A stretch of DNA of 64,000 nt, taken from assembly GCA_963804645.1 (NCBI GenBank), contig CAWDRG010000009.1, positions 1,216,001 to 1,280,000 of the forward strand, written 5' to 3'. The position numbers were made by a program, and so were the translations under genes. This document shows, piece after piece, positions 20,931-31,118 of this stretch (its first letter is position 1; every line of letters begins with the position of its first letter). This DNA comes from an uncultured Bacillota bacterium (GTDB lineage: Bacteria > Sysuimicrobiota > Sysuimicrobiia > Sysuimicrobiales > Segetimicrobiaceae). The notes below the pieces were generated by a model. It did no database searches. It had not been told where the DNA came from and saw only the letters and a program-made list of their open reading frames with translations.

Positions 20931-22313
20931 TCAGCCGGAGCGCTCCGCGAGCACCACGCACTCCACGTGGTACGTCTGCGGAAACAGGTCGAGCGGTTGC
21001 ACGGTGCGGATCGCGTACCCGCCCGCGACGAGGTCCTTGAGGTCGGGCGCGAGCGTGGTCGGGTTGCACGACACGTAGATGACCCGCGGGGCGCGCGCCT
21101 CCGCGATGCGGCGCATCACGCGCCCGCCGGCGCCGCTGCGCGGCGGGTCGAGCACGAGCAGGTCCGGCGGCGCCGCCCGGCGGCGCAGCTCGGGCAGCGC
21201 AGTGCGGACGTCGCCGCTCGCGAATTCGACGTTCGGAATCGCGTTGAGCACGGCGTTTTCCCGCGCGGCCTCGACCGCGGACGGCGCGACCTCGATGCCG
21301 TACACGCGCGCGGCACGCCGCGCGAGGGCGAGCGCGAACGTCCCGACGCCGCAGTACAGATCGTAGACGGTCTCGCCGCCGCCGAGCGACGCGAACCCCT
21401 CGAGGGTCTCGGCGAGCCGCTCCGCCTGCGCGGTATTGGTCTGGAAAAACGTCTCGAGGCCGATCCGGAACCGCAGGCCCGCGAGCTGTTCGATCAGGTG
21501 GCCGCGTCCGGCCAGCACCGTGAGGCCCGCGAGCGGGACGCCGTCCGACGGCCCCGCGTTCAGGCCGTGCAGGACGCCTACGATGCGCGGCTGCGCCCGC
21601 ATCAGCCGCTCGGCCAGCCCCTGGAGGCCGGGTACCTCGCGCGCCGTGGTGACCACGCCGACCATGATCTCTCCCGTCGCGCGCGCCTCGCGGATCACGA
21701 CCTGCCGCAGGAGGCCCGTGTGGTCGCGGGCGTTGTACCGCGACAGCCCGGACCCGTCGGCGAACTCCCGCACGAGTCGGAGGATGTCGTTTGCGGCGTC
21801 GCTCTGCAGCAGGCAGGTGTCGATCGCCACGACGCGGTCGAACGCGCCGCGCCGGTGCAGTCCGAGCGACCCGTCCGGGTGGAACGCGAACTCCATCTTG
21901 TTCCGGTAGCGCCAGGGATCGGCCATCGCGATGATCGGCCGCACCTCGACGTCCCGAACGCCTCCGAGGTGCGCCAGGCTGTCGCGCACGATGTCTTCTT
22001 TCGCGGCCGTCTGCGCCTCGTACGCGACGTGCTGCCAGATGCAGCCGCCGCAGGGGCCGAAGTGGGGACAGGGGGGCACCGCGCGCAGGGCAGACGGCAC
22101 GTCGACCGCGGCGAGGTCGGCCTCGGCGTACCCCGACTTGATGCGCCACGGGCGCGCCCGCACGCGGTCGCCCGGGGCGACCTCCGGCACGAACACGACG
22201 AACCCGTCGACGCGTCCGACGCCGCGGCCGCCGTACGCGAGGCGGTCGATCGTGAGCGCGACCTCCTCGCCTTTCTTCACGGGCGGGCGCGCGCGGCCCG
22301 CGGCGGTCGACAT
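20931..22313 (-). CDS. rlmD: 23S rRNA m5U methyltransferase
   Basis: TRAM N-terminus, 'CPHFGPCGGC', 'YRNKMEF', 'FFQTN', 'DLYCGVG', 'LDPPRSG', 'YVSCNPTTL', 'DLFPQTYHVE'. Confidence 0.92.
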   Translation of the reverse strand: MSTAAGRARPPVKKGEEVALTIDRLAYGGRGVGRVDGFVVFVPEVAPGDRVRARPWRIKSGYAEADLAAVDVPSALRAVPPCPHFGPCGGCIWQHVAYEAQTAAKEDIVRDSLAHLGGVRDVEVRPIIAMADPWRYRNKMEFAFHPDGSLGLHRRGAFDRVVAIDTCLLQSDAANDILRLVREFADGSGLSRYNARDHTGLLRQVVIREARATGEIMVGVVTTAREVPGLQGLAERLMRAQPRIVGVLHGLNAGPSDGVPLAGLTVLAGRGHLIEQLAGLRFRIGLETFFQTNTAQAERLAETLEGFASLGGGETVYDLYCGVGTFALALARRAARVYGIEVAPSAVEAARENAVLNAIPNVEFASGDVRTALPELRRRAAPPDLLVLDPPRSGAGGRVMRRIAEARAPRVIYVSCNPTTLAPDLKDLVAGGYAIRTVQPLDLFPQTYHVECVVLAERSG

Positions 22314-22320
22314 GAGGCCA

Positions 22321-23289
22321 TCATACCACGCGACCCGCCGCGCTCCGAGCGGCCGGGCGCCAGTGCGCGATCCACAGCCCCGCCACGACGCAGCCGAGTC
22401 CGGCGAGCGCGAGCGCCGACAGCGTCTCGTGGAGCAGCCATGCGCCGAGCGCGGCTGCGGTGATGGGGCTGAGCGCGAGGAACACGGTCACGCGGGTCGG
22501 CTCGGCGTGGCCGAGCGCCCAGAGCCAGAGGTAGTATCCGACGCCGCTGTTCGCCCCGATGAACAGGACGGCCAGCCACCCGTCCGTCGTGAACCGCAGC
22601 GGCTCCCGGAAAAATCCTTCGCCCCCGGCGAGCACGGCGAGGAACGCCACGGCGGCCAGCATCGCAAACGCGCTCACCGGCAGGGTCGGGTATTTCCTGA
22701 GATACGGGCGGTAGAGGACGCTGCAGACCGCGCCGCACAGCGCGCTGGCGAGCGCCGCGATCCCGCCCGTCCACGCGCGGGAGACGGCCCCCGCGCCGAT
22801 CGCCCGCTCGCCGAGCGCGAGGGCGACGCCGACGATCGTGAGCAGCACCCCCGCGGTCTTCGCCGCGGTGACGCGTTCGCGCCCGAGCGCCGCGCCGAGC
22901 AGCATCGTCAGGAGCGGCATCGTCGCGAACAGCAGTGCCGCGCGCGCCGACGGGATGAACCGCAGCGCGTAGTTCAGCAGCGCGATCAGGAGACCGAACT
23001 GGATGATGCCGAGCAGCGCGAGCGGCACGAGATCGCGCCGCTCGAACCGCACGCCGCGCGCGGCGGCGAGTGCGGGCGGCAGCAGGCAGCAGAATCCGAT
23101 GACGTAGCGGAGCAGCGCGAGCGACGCCGGTCCGGTTTGGTTGACGACGACGCGGGTCGCGACGATCGCGGACCCGACGAGCACCCCGGTCGCCGCGGCG
23201 GCGCCCGCGGCGAGGAGGCGGGTTCGCGCGGCCGCCCGATCCGCGGAGACGGCCGGGCTACCGGGGGCGCGGTCCCGGATGCCGGGCAT
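22321..23289 (-). CDS. DMT/EamA family transporter
   Basis: About 10 TM helices in two EamA-like repeats. Confidence 0.85.
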   Translation of the reverse strand: MPGIRDRAPGSPAVSADRAAARTRLLAAGAAAATGVLVGSAIVATRVVVNQTGPASLALLRYVIGFCCLLPPALAAARGVRFERRDLVPLALLGIIQFGLLIALLNYALRFIPSARAALLFATMPLLTMLLGAALGRERVTAAKTAGVLLTIVGVALALGERAIGAGAVSRAWTGGIAALASALCGAVCSVLYRPYLRKYPTLPVSAFAMLAAVAFLAVLAGGEGFFREPLRFTTDGWLAVLFIGANSGVGYYLWLWALGHAEPTRVTVFLALSPITAAALGAWLLHETLSALALAGLGCVVAGLWIAHWRPAARSAAGRVV

Positions 23290-23348
23290 GGCGGCGCGTG
23301 GCTGCGGGATGCTTCGCGAACCGGGCGGGCCGCGTCATCGCGGCGCGG

Positions 23349-24278
23349 TCACAGATCGAGATCCCACGTTTCGCCCACGAGGTCGTGGCCGAAGCCATGG
23401 TACGGTTCTTCGTGCGTCAGCCGGAACCCGGCCTCAACGTAGAGGTGACGGGCGGCGAGCAGTACGTTGTTGGTCCACAGCGTGATCGACCGGTATCGCG
23501 CCAGCCGCGCGAAGCGGACGCACTCGTCGACGAGCCGCCGCCCGATGCCGAGCCCGCGCGCCGCCGGCTCGACGAGCAGCAGGCGCAGCTGCGCGACCTC
23601 GTCGGACTTCCGGACAAGGAAGACGGATCCCACCGGCTCCCCGTCGCGTTCCGCGATCCAGCAGCGCTCCCGCTTGGGGTCGAACTGCCGGATGAACGCG
23701 GCGGCGATCTCCGCCACGAGCGCTTCAAACGTCTCGTCCCACCCGTACTCCCTGGCGTAGAGCACCCCGTGACGCTGCACCACCCAGCCCATGTCGCCCG
23801 GCTGGTGCGCGCGCAGCAGATAGGGGGCCGGCCGCTCCGGCGGCGCTCCCAGCACGCGTTCGATGGTGCTCATGGACGCGATCAGCGCCGCTTGCTCGGC
23901 GTCGGACAAGGTCCCGAGCAGTTGGGCGATCTCGTCCCGCGACCGCGCGTCGAGCGGCGCGAATCCGCCGTGTCCGGTCGGGGTGAGGGTGATAACGTTC
24001 TGACGGCCGTCCGCGTCGGACCGAGTCCGCGCGATGAATCCGCGGCGCTCGAACCCGCGCAGGATGCGGCTGAGATAGCCCGCATCGATCCCGAGCTCCC
24101 GGCCGAGCTGCGTCGCGGTCGTCCGCTCGCGGTGGGCGAGTTCGTAGAGCACGCGCACCTCGGTCAGCGAAAACGGGCTCTTCAGATATCCGCCGAGCAC
24201 GCCGATCTTTTGCGTGTAGAAGCGGTTGAATCGCCGCACGGCCGTGACGCGCTGGTCGAGTTTCGGTTCCATTGACAT
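23349..24278 (-). CDS. MarR-HTH / GNAT acetyltransferase fusion
   Basis: 'VRRFNRFYT...SLTEVRVLYEL...DAGYLSRIL' followed by 'LRLLLVEPAARGLGIGRRLV'. Confidence 0.9.
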   Translation of the reverse strand: MSMEPKLDQRVTAVRRFNRFYTQKIGVLGGYLKSPFSLTEVRVLYELAHRERTTATQLGRELGIDAGYLSRILRGFERRGFIARTRSDADGRQNVITLTPTGHGGFAPLDARSRDEIAQLLGTLSDAEQAALIASMSTIERVLGAPPERPAPYLLRAHQPGDMGWVVQRHGVLYAREYGWDETFEALVAEIAAAFIRQFDPKRERCWIAERDGEPVGSVFLVRKSDEVAQLRLLLVEPAARGLGIGRRLVDECVRFARLARYRSITLWTNNVLLAARHLYVEAGFRLTHEEPYHGFGHDLVGETWDLDL

Positions 24279-24337
24279 TTGATAGCTCCGACATATCGAC
24301 TACGCACGACCAATTGACTTACGCATTCAACTAATTG

Positions 24338-24346
24338 ATTATAGCA
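24338..24346 (-). promoter_or_regulatory. Extended -10 promoter for the MarR-GNAT gene
   Basis: Minus strand reads TGcTATAAT, 60 nt upstream of the start, in an AT-rich intergenic tract. Confidence 0.55.
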
Positions 24347-24381
24347 AGCAATACGGAATTGCTTTCGATCTGGTTCCACTG

Positions 24382-24434
24382 TTGACACACGAGAAGGAAG
24401 CGGACATACTTGGGGCAACGGGTGGTCTAACCAC
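24382..24434 (+). promoter_or_regulatory. Sigma70 promoter plus FadR-type operator
   Basis: TTGACA(24382)-17 nt-CATACT(24405); palindrome GTGGT-CTA-ACCAC at 24422-24434 matches the TGGTnnnACCA pattern of FadR-subfamily operators. Confidence 0.7.
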
Positions 24435-24504
24435 TAGGCCACTCGCCGGGGGCGGTACGAACGACAAAATCGTATCGGCCAGCCCCCTTCAACCAGAATC
24501 CACA

Positions 24505-25317
24505 ATGCGTTCTAGCCCGGAAGGAGGCGCAGCGATCTCCCCGGTGCCGAATGCCGAGCGGCCGGTCCAGGCCGACCTTGAGCCTATCAGAAAGACAAAG
24601 ATCTACGCCGAGGTCGCCGCTCAGATTCACCGTCTCATCGCGGAGGGGCGCTTGAAGCCCGGCGACCGGCTGCCCGCCGAGCGCGAGCTGGCCGAGGTGT
24701 TCGGCGTCAGCCGGACGTCCGTCCGTGACGCGATCCGCGTGCTCGAGACCCGCGGCCTCGTTGAGGCGCGCCACGGCGAGGGCACGGTCGTCAAGCAGAT
24801 CCCGATCGACGCCATCGTCAGTCCGCTCGCGGACGCGCTCTCGTCTTCCAAAGATCTCGTCGCGGATTTGTTCGACATGCGCAAGATGCTCGAGCCGCAG
24901 CTCGCCCGCGCGGCGGCGTTTCGCGCGACCGAAGACGACGTGCGCGCCCTCGAGGAGATTGTGGCCCGCCAGCGCGGGCGCGTCCTGGCCGGCGAGAACG
25001 CGGTCGACGAGGACCACGCGTTTCATTACCGCATCGCCACCGCCGCCAAGAACCCGGTGATCCTGCGCACGATGGACGTCCTCATGGACCTCCTGCGCGA
25101 GAGCCGGGTCCGATCGCTCCAGGGCCCGGGACGCGCGGAGATCTCGCTCGAGGGGCACTACCGGATCCTGGAGGCGATTCGCCGGCGGGATCCCGAGGGC
25201 GCCGCCGTCAGCATGCGGGTGCACATCGAAGAGATCGAGACGATTCTGTTCCCCGCCGGGACTCCCATTGCGGGCCGGGCGGAGGGAGGTGTCCCATGGG
25301 ACGCGCTGTCTCGGTAG
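24505..25317 (+). CDS. GntR/FadR-family transcriptional regulator (start uncertain)
   Basis: 'LKPGDRLPAERELAEVFGVSRTSVRDAIRVLE...HGEGT' plus FCD-like domain 'DHAFHYRIA'. Confidence 0.9.
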   Translation: MRSSPEGGAAISPVPNAERPVQADLEPIRKTKIYAEVAAQIHRLIAEGRLKPGDRLPAERELAEVFGVSRTSVRDAIRVLETRGLVEARHGEGTVVKQIPIDAIVSPLADALSSSKDLVADLFDMRKMLEPQLARAAAFRATEDDVRALEEIVARQRGRVLAGENAVDEDHAFHYRIATAAKNPVILRTMDVLMDLLRESRVRSLQGPGRAEISLEGHYRILEAIRRRDPEGAAVSMRVHIEEIETILFPAGTPIAGRAEGGVPWDALSR

Positions 25318-26474
25318 AGATCGTCTACCGGGGGATCTATCAGAAGACCCTGGCGAAGAACATCAGCCGGGGCGTCGTGCTCGCCGCGCGGCGGGACGGC
25401 AAGATCGGGATCGCGTTCGGTCGGTACGGCGACTCCCCGGAGCGGAACGGCGTGCCGGCGAAGAACTTCGCGATCGTCGCGCCGAACCAGGACGAGCTCG
25501 AGCTCAGCATGGCGCAATACGAGCCGCAGGAGACCGACGTCACGATCTCAGTTGACGACATGTTGTGCAAGGGCGTCGAGTCCTGGGCGTGGTACGGTCT
25601 TCAGCCGATCAACCAGAAGGTCAAGGAGAACGGCATCCTGGTCGTGACCTCGACGCTGCCGGCGGACGAGATCGTGAAGTTCTGCCACCGGAAGCCGTAC
25701 CCGTACCGCCTCGCCGTCATTCCCGGCATCCCGAGCTTCTCCGGATTGTGGGTGTACAAGAACGACCACACCGACGTCCGGATCCTGGGGGCGCTCGCCA
25801 AGGTGTGTCCGGATCTCGTGGGCCTCGACGCGATGCTCCGGGCGGTCAAAGAGGAGTGGAAGGACGACCTGAAGGTGGTCTCCGCCCGGCGCTCCTACGA
25901 GCAGACGGAGATCCGCGTGGTGAATCCCGACGAGGGCAATCCCGAGATCCCGTACTCGTTCGACCTGCCCGGCTGGACGACGATGCGCGAGGGCGTCGCC
26001 GTTGACGCGATGGTGCTCGGCGAGCCGGTGACGTTCGGCGACCAGGTCGGCGGCTACCGGCCCGCCCGGAACCCCTACTTCAAGAAATTCTCGACGCGGA
26101 CGATGCGGCCGGTCGTCGACTTCGACAAGTGCGTGAAGTGCACGCTGTGCTGGCTGCAGTGTCCGGACAGCTGCTTCGACGTGACCCCGGACCAGACGTA
26201 CGACGTCAACGCGGAGGCGTGCTGCGGCTGCGGCGTGTGCGCCGCGGTGTGCCCGGTGGACGCGTGCATCACCATGGTGAACGAAGCCGCGTTCACCGAC
26301 CACAAGAGCCAGTGGGAGCGCTACAAGACGGACAAGCAGGAGTACGCGACCTGGCTCCGACAGGTGACGTCGCAGCAGCCCGAGCGGTCGCACGGGTTCC
26401 GGTACCGCGGGCAGTACCAGGAGCAGATCGCGAAGTCGCGCGCGGGCTCGGGCGGCGAAGGGGGAGGCGAGTAG
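25296..26474 (+). CDS. 2-oxoacid:ferredoxin oxidoreductase, fused gamma/delta subunit (oxalate oxidoreductase-like)
   Basis: Gamma-type N-terminus; two 4Fe-4S motifs 'CVKCTLCWLQCP' and 'CCGCGVCAAVCP'. Confidence 0.85.
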   Translation: MGRAVSVEIVYRGIYQKTLAKNISRGVVLAARRDGKIGIAFGRYGDSPERNGVPAKNFAIVAPNQDELELSMAQYEPQETDVTISVDDMLCKGVESWAWYGLQPINQKVKENGILVVTSTLPADEIVKFCHRKPYPYRLAVIPGIPSFSGLWVYKNDHTDVRILGALAKVCPDLVGLDAMLRAVKEEWKDDLKVVSARRSYEQTEIRVVNPDEGNPEIPYSFDLPGWTTMREGVAVDAMVLGEPVTFGDQVGGYRPARNPYFKKFSTRTMRPVVDFDKCVKCTLCWLQCPDSCFDVTPDQTYDVNAEACCGCGVCAAVCPVDACITMVNEAAFTDHKSQWERYKTDKQEYATWLRQVTSQQPERSHGFRYRGQYQEQIAKSRAGSGGEGGGE

Positions 26475-27703
26475 TGGACGCGGAGGCGACGGCGGTCCAG
26501 CCCGCCGAGGTGGAACAGGAAGCCCTGATCAGCGGCAGCGAGGCGGTGGCGGTGGCCACCAAGCTCGTGGATGTGGACGTGCTCACGGCCTATCCGATCC
26601 GGCCGTACGACACGCTGATGCAGTACGTCGCGAAGCAGATCGCCGACGGCGAGCAGGACGCCGAGTACATCGTCGCCGAGAGCGAGCACAGCCAGTTCGA
26701 GATCGCGAAGCACGCGTCGGCGGTCGGCGCACGGGCGATGTGCGGGTCGAGCGGCGTCGGCTGGTGCTACGCGTTCGAGGCGATCGCGGTCACGCCGGCG
26801 CTGCGCCTGCCGCTGATCGCGATGGTCGGGAACCGCGCGCTCGACGATCCGGGCGCCTTCGGCACGGAGCACAACGACGCGCTCGCGGCGCGCGACCTGG
26901 GATGGCTCCACGTATGGGTGGATACCGCGCAGGAGGCGCTCGATACGACGCTGATGGCGTACCGCGTCGCGGAGGACCACCGCGTGTTTCTCCCCGTGGC
27001 CATCAGTACCGACGGCGCGTTTCTCACGCACTCACAGTCGCTCGTGAAGGTGCCGCCGCGCTCCTGGGTCGATCGGTTCCTGCCGAAGTACGACCGCGGG
27101 AACATGGTGTTCCACCCGGACAACCCGATCACGATCGCCCCGCAGGTGAACGAGGACTGGCTGATGGAGATCCGGATGCAGACCGACCAGGCGATGCGCC
27201 ACGCGTCCGGGGTGATCGAGGAGGCCTGGAAAGAGTTCCGCGGGATCTTCGGCCGCGGCGAGGGCAGCCCGTTCTTCGAGGAGTATTACACCGACGACGC
27301 GGAGATCGTGCTGGTCGGGATGGGCACGCTCTCGATGCCCGTGCGCGTGGTGGTGCGGAAGCTGCGCGAACAGGGGCAGAAAGTCGGATTCGTGCGCATC
27401 CGGTGGTTCCGGCCCTTCGACCACGAGGGGCTCGGCCGCGTGCTGTCCCGCTTCCAGGGCATCGGCGTCATCGACCGCGACTTCTCGATGGGGTCGCCCT
27501 TCAACAGCGGGGTGGTCGCCAACGAGATCCGCGCGGCGCTGTATCCGCAGGACCGCCGTCCCCCGGTGGTGGGGTTTATCGGCGGGCTCGGCGGCCGCGA
27601 GGTGACGATCCCGAACGTGCGCGAGATGTTCGACCTGACCCGCAAGGCCGCCGAGAGCGGCAAGTCCCCCACGGACACCGTCTGGATCGGCGTCCGGGCA
27701 TAG
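26474..27703 (+). CDS. 2-oxoacid:ferredoxin oxidoreductase alpha subunit (oxalate oxidoreductase clade)
   Basis: GTG start; 'AYPIRPY', 'ESEHS', 'GSSGVG', 'NRALDDPGAFGTEH', 'GGLGGREVT'. Confidence 0.88.
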   Translation: MDAEATAVQPAEVEQEALISGSEAVAVATKLVDVDVLTAYPIRPYDTLMQYVAKQIADGEQDAEYIVAESEHSQFEIAKHASAVGARAMCGSSGVGWCYAFEAIAVTPALRLPLIAMVGNRALDDPGAFGTEHNDALAARDLGWLHVWVDTAQEALDTTLMAYRVAEDHRVFLPVAISTDGAFLTHSQSLVKVPPRSWVDRFLPKYDRGNMVFHPDNPITIAPQVNEDWLMEIRMQTDQAMRHASGVIEEAWKEFRGIFGRGEGSPFFEEYYTDDAEIVLVGMGTLSMPVRVVVRKLREQGQKVGFVRIRWFRPFDHEGLGRVLSRFQGIGVIDRDFSMGSPFNSGVVANEIRAALYPQDRRPPVVGFIGGLGGREVTIPNVREMFDLTRKAAESGKSPTDTVWIGVRA

Positions 27704-27715
27704 GGAGGAGACGCG

Positions 27716-28744
27716 ATGGACAGTCCTGAGACGACCACGATCCCGCTGCCGGTCCTCGAGCCGTTCAAGGGTGTGAAGCGGGTGCCGCTCGAGGAGTATT
27801 ACACCTCCGGGCACCGCACGTGCCAGGGGTGCGAGTCGGCGCTGGTGATGAAGCTGATGGTCAAGGCGGCCGGCCCCCGCACCGTCGTGCTGGGCAGCAC
27901 CGGCTGCATGTACGTGGCCAACACCACCTACTACAGCACGCCGTGGGTCGTGCCGTGGATGCACACGCAGCTCGGCTCCTCCGGGTCGGCCGCCGTGGGC
28001 ACCGCCGCGGGGTATAAGGCGCTGATGCGGAAGGGCAAGATCAAGGCCGAGCCGATCAACATCATCTCGTTCTGCGGCGACGGCGGCGGGGCCGACATGG
28101 GGCTATCCGCGATCTCCGCGGCGCTCCAGCACACCGAGTACAACCATCTGATCCTGCTCTACGACAACGAGTCCTACGCCAACACGGACATTCAGGCGTC
28201 CGGCAGCACGCCCTACGGCGCGTACACGTCGTTCAGCCCGGCCGGCAAGGCGAAGCGGATCCTGAACCGGCGCTGGAAGAAGAACACCGCGGCAATGCTG
28301 GCGGCCGGGCATTCGGAATGCCGCTACGTCGGCACCGTGTGCGCCAGTTACGCGGTGGATTTCATGAACCGGATCCGGAAGGCCCTCACGATCGGCGGTC
28401 CGACGTTCATCCACTCGTTCGACCCGTGCCCGAAGGGCTGGGATTACGATCCGATGCTGTCCCACGAGATGGGAGAGCTCGCGGTCCTGTCCGGCGTCTT
28501 CCCGCTGTTTGAGGTCGAGGACCACCAGCTGAGGCTGTACGGCAAGTCGAAGCAGATCGCGGAGGGGCGCCAGAAGCGGCTCCCCGTGCGCGACTATCTG
28601 CTGAAGCAGGGCCGCTTCGCGCATTTCAACGACGACGACATCGACTACTATCAGGCGAAGATCGACGACATGTGGACCAAGTGGCTGATCCCGGGGGTGT
28701 TGCCGTTCGGGACGGACATCCTCAACGACCAGCCGCCGGCATAG
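27716..28744 (+). CDS. 2-oxoacid:ferredoxin oxidoreductase beta subunit (TPP-binding)
   Basis: 'GHRTCQGC', 'TGCMYVANT', 'GDGG...YDNESYANT', 'PCPKGW'. Confidence 0.9.
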   Translation: MDSPETTTIPLPVLEPFKGVKRVPLEEYYTSGHRTCQGCESALVMKLMVKAAGPRTVVLGSTGCMYVANTTYYSTPWVVPWMHTQLGSSGSAAVGTAAGYKALMRKGKIKAEPINIISFCGDGGGADMGLSAISAALQHTEYNHLILLYDNESYANTDIQASGSTPYGAYTSFSPAGKAKRILNRRWKKNTAAMLAAGHSECRYVGTVCASYAVDFMNRIRKALTIGGPTFIHSFDPCPKGWDYDPMLSHEMGELAVLSGVFPLFEVEDHQLRLYGKSKQIAEGRQKRLPVRDYLLKQGRFAHFNDDDIDYYQAKIDDMWTKWLIPGVLPFGTDILNDQPPA

Positions 28745-28826
28745 ACTGACGCGCTCCGGACGAATCATGCTCGCGTTGCGGCGGGCGGCGCGCGGGCTCG
28801 TGCCCGGGCCGCCCGCCGCGGTTCGT

Positions 28827-28856
28827 TTGACGGTCGTCTCGGGGCAGTGCTAGAAT
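28827..28856 (+). promoter_or_regulatory. Putative sigma70 promoter for proS
   Basis: TTGACG-18 nt-TAGAAT with a TG extension. Confidence 0.5.
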
Positions 28857-28954
28857 GACGACGCACTCACGGAGCCTCCCGTCCCGGGGACGTGGAGGCT
28901 CGTGTTGTGCCGCCGCCGGCGTGCCGTCGGCGACCACGGCGCGGGAGGCGGAGG

Positions 28955-30418
28955 ATGCCGGGGCCATCCGGGCAGTCCATCGAGGAGAGCGGGTTCGTTA
29001 AGGAAATCCCCTCCAAAGCCGCGCAGTTCTCCGAGTGGTACACGGCCGTCGTGCTCAAGGCCGAGCTCGCCGATTACTCGCCGGTCCGGGGCTGCATCGT
29101 CGTGCGGCCGTACGGGTACGCGATCTGGGAGCTGATGCAGCAGGGCCTCGACGGCCGCTTCAAGGCGACCGGGCACGTGAACGCGTATTTCCCGCTGTTC
29201 ATCCCGCAGAGCTTTTTCGCCCGCGAGGCCGAGCACGTCGAGGGGTTCGCGCCCGAGCTGGCGTGGGTGACCCGCGGCGGCGGCGAGGAGCTGGCCGAGC
29301 CGCTCGCGGTCCGCCCGACGTCCGAGACGATCATCGGGCACATGTACGCGCGCTGGATCCGTTCGTACCGCGACCTCCCGGTGCTGATCAACCAGTGGGG
29401 CAACGTCGTGCGCTGGGAAAAGGCCACGCGGCCGTTTCTCCGGACGATGGAGTTTCTGTGGCAGGAGGGGCACACCGCGCACCGCACGGCCGAGGAGGCG
29501 GAGGCCGAGGCGCGGCAGATGCTCGAAGTCTATCGGGACTTCGTGGAGACCGACCTCGTGATCCCCGTGCTGTCGGGGCGGAAGCCCGAGAGCGAGAAGT
29601 TCCCGGGGGCGCTGCGATCGTACACGATCGAGGCGCTGATGCCGGACGGCCAGGCGCTCCAGTCGGGAACGTCGCACAACCTCGGCCAGAACTTTGCGCG
29701 GGCGTTCGACATCAAGTTCCTGGACAGCGACAACACCGAGAAGCTCGTGCACACGACGTCCTGGGGCGTGAGCTGGCGCGCCCTCGGCGGGCTCATCATG
29801 GTGCACGGGGACGACCGCGGCCTCGTGCTGCCGCCGCGGGTCGCGCCGTTTCAGGTCGTGATCGTGCCGATCCTGGCCGGCAAGGACCGCGATGCGGTGC
29901 TCGCGGCCGCGCGGGAGCTTGCCGGCACGCTCACCCGGGCGGGCGTGCGCGTGCGTCTCGACGACCGCACCGAGGTCACGCCCGGGTACAAGTTCAACGA
30001 CTGGGAGATGCGCGGCGTTCCGCTGCGGCTCGAGCTCGGCCCGCGCGACCTCGCGCAGCGCCAGGCCGTCCTGGTCCCGCGGGTCGGCGGGGCGAAGCGT
30101 CCGGTGCCGCTCGACGGCATTGCGGCGGCGGTCGCGGACGCGCTCGGGATGTTCGGCGCGGAGATGTTCCGTCAGGCGAAGGCGTACCTGGACGCGCACG
30201 TCGTCTCGGCGACGACGACCGACGAGCTGGTGGCGGCGATCGCGGACCGGCGCGGGTTCGTGAGGCTGTGCGCGTGCGACGCGGAGGGATGCGAGCAGGC
30301 ACTCCGCCGCGCGAGCGGGGCGTCGCCGCGGGTCGTCATGGACGAGGTCCCCGAGGGCCCGTGCGTGGGGTGCGGCGGGACCGCGACTCAAGTCGTGTAC
30401 TACGCCCGCGCGTACTGA
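28955..30418 (+). CDS. proS: Proline--tRNA ligase, archaeal/eukaryote-like type
   Basis: 'FSEWY', '[11 protein letters not shown]', 'RPTSET', '[16 protein letters not shown]', '[10 protein letters not shown]', C-terminal 'ARAY'. Confidence 0.95.
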   Translation: MPGPSGQSIEESGFVKEIPSKAAQFSEWYTAVVLKAELADYSPVRGCIVVRPYGYAIWELMQQGLDGRFKATGHVNAYFPLFIPQSFFAREAEHVEGFAPELAWVTRGGGEELAEPLAVRPTSETIIGHMYARWIRSYRDLPVLINQWGNVVRWEKATRPFLRTMEFLWQEGHTAHRTAEEAEAEARQMLEVYRDFVETDLVIPVLSGRKPESEKFPGALRSYTIEALMPDGQALQSGTSHNLGQNFARAFDIKFLDSDNTEKLVHTTSWGVSWRALGGLIMVHGDDRGLVLPPRVAPFQVVIVPILAGKDRDAVLAAARELAGTLTRAGVRVRLDDRTEVTPGYKFNDWEMRGVPLRLELGPRDLAQRQAVLVPRVGGAKRPVPLDGIAAAVADALGMFGAEMFRQAKAYLDAHVVSATTTDELVAAIADRRGFVRLCACDAEGCEQALRRASGASPRVVMDEVPEGPCVGCGGTATQVVYYARAY

Positions 30419-30423
30419 CCGGG

Positions 30424-31032
30424 ATGGGCACCGATCCGGCGTCTCTCTCCGCGGACGCCGAGGCGCGGCGCTGGCGTCGGCGGCACCTGCTGTGGAGCCT
30501 CGGCGCCGGCGTCGTCGCCGGCCTGGCCGCGGTCGGGCTGTGGCTGTCGTTCGGCCCGGCGGGGCGCCCCGGCCAGCCGGCCGCCTCGCTCATCGGCAAG
30601 CCTGCGCCTGAGTTCTCGCTGGCACGCCTTGCCCTCGCGGGGGGGACGCTTTCCCTGAGCAGCCTCCGCGGCCGGCCGGTACTGCTCAACTTCTGGGCGT
30701 CCTGGTGCGGGCCGTGTCAGGCGGAGACGCCGCTGCTCGTGCGGGCGTATCAGACGTACCGGGCGCGGGGCGTGACGTTCGTCGGCGTGGACACGAACGA
30801 CGACCGGGGTGCCGCGGTGGCGTTTGCGCTGCGGTACCACGTCGACTACCCGACGGTGTACGCGCCGGGCGACCGGCTCGCGCTGGCCTACCGGATCGTG
30901 GGGCTGCCGACGACGGTGTTCGTGGACGCGGACGGGGTCGTCCGCGATGAGGAGCTCGGGGGGTTTGCGGACGCTGCGGGCGAGCGGGATCTCGCCGCGC
31001 GCCTCGACCGGCTTCTCCGAGGCGCGCGGTAA
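30424..31032 (+). CDS. TlpA/ResA-family thiol:disulfide oxidoreductase
   Basis: N-terminal TM anchor; '[12 protein letters not shown]', 'GLPTTVFVD'. Confidence 0.9.
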   Translation: MGTDPASLSADAEARRWRRRHLLWSLGAGVVAGLAAVGLWLSFGPAGRPGQPAASLIGKPAPEFSLARLALAGGTLSLSSLRGRPVLLNFWASWCGPCQAETPLLVRAYQTYRARGVTFVGVDTNDDRGAAVAFALRYHVDYPTVYAPGDRLALAYRIVGLPTTVFVDADGVVRDEELGGFADAAGERDLAARLDRLLRGAR

Positions 31033-31118
31033 GGCCGCAGGGAATCTCCGCGCCGCCGTCTAATCACATCGGCAGGGCGTTTTGCGCCGCAGCACGCGAG
31101 CGCGTCACTCCGTCGCTC

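Noticed and set aside
28857..28954. T-box leader upstream of proS
   Set aside because: The leader is only ~100 nt and lacks a recognisable T-box consensus or terminator.
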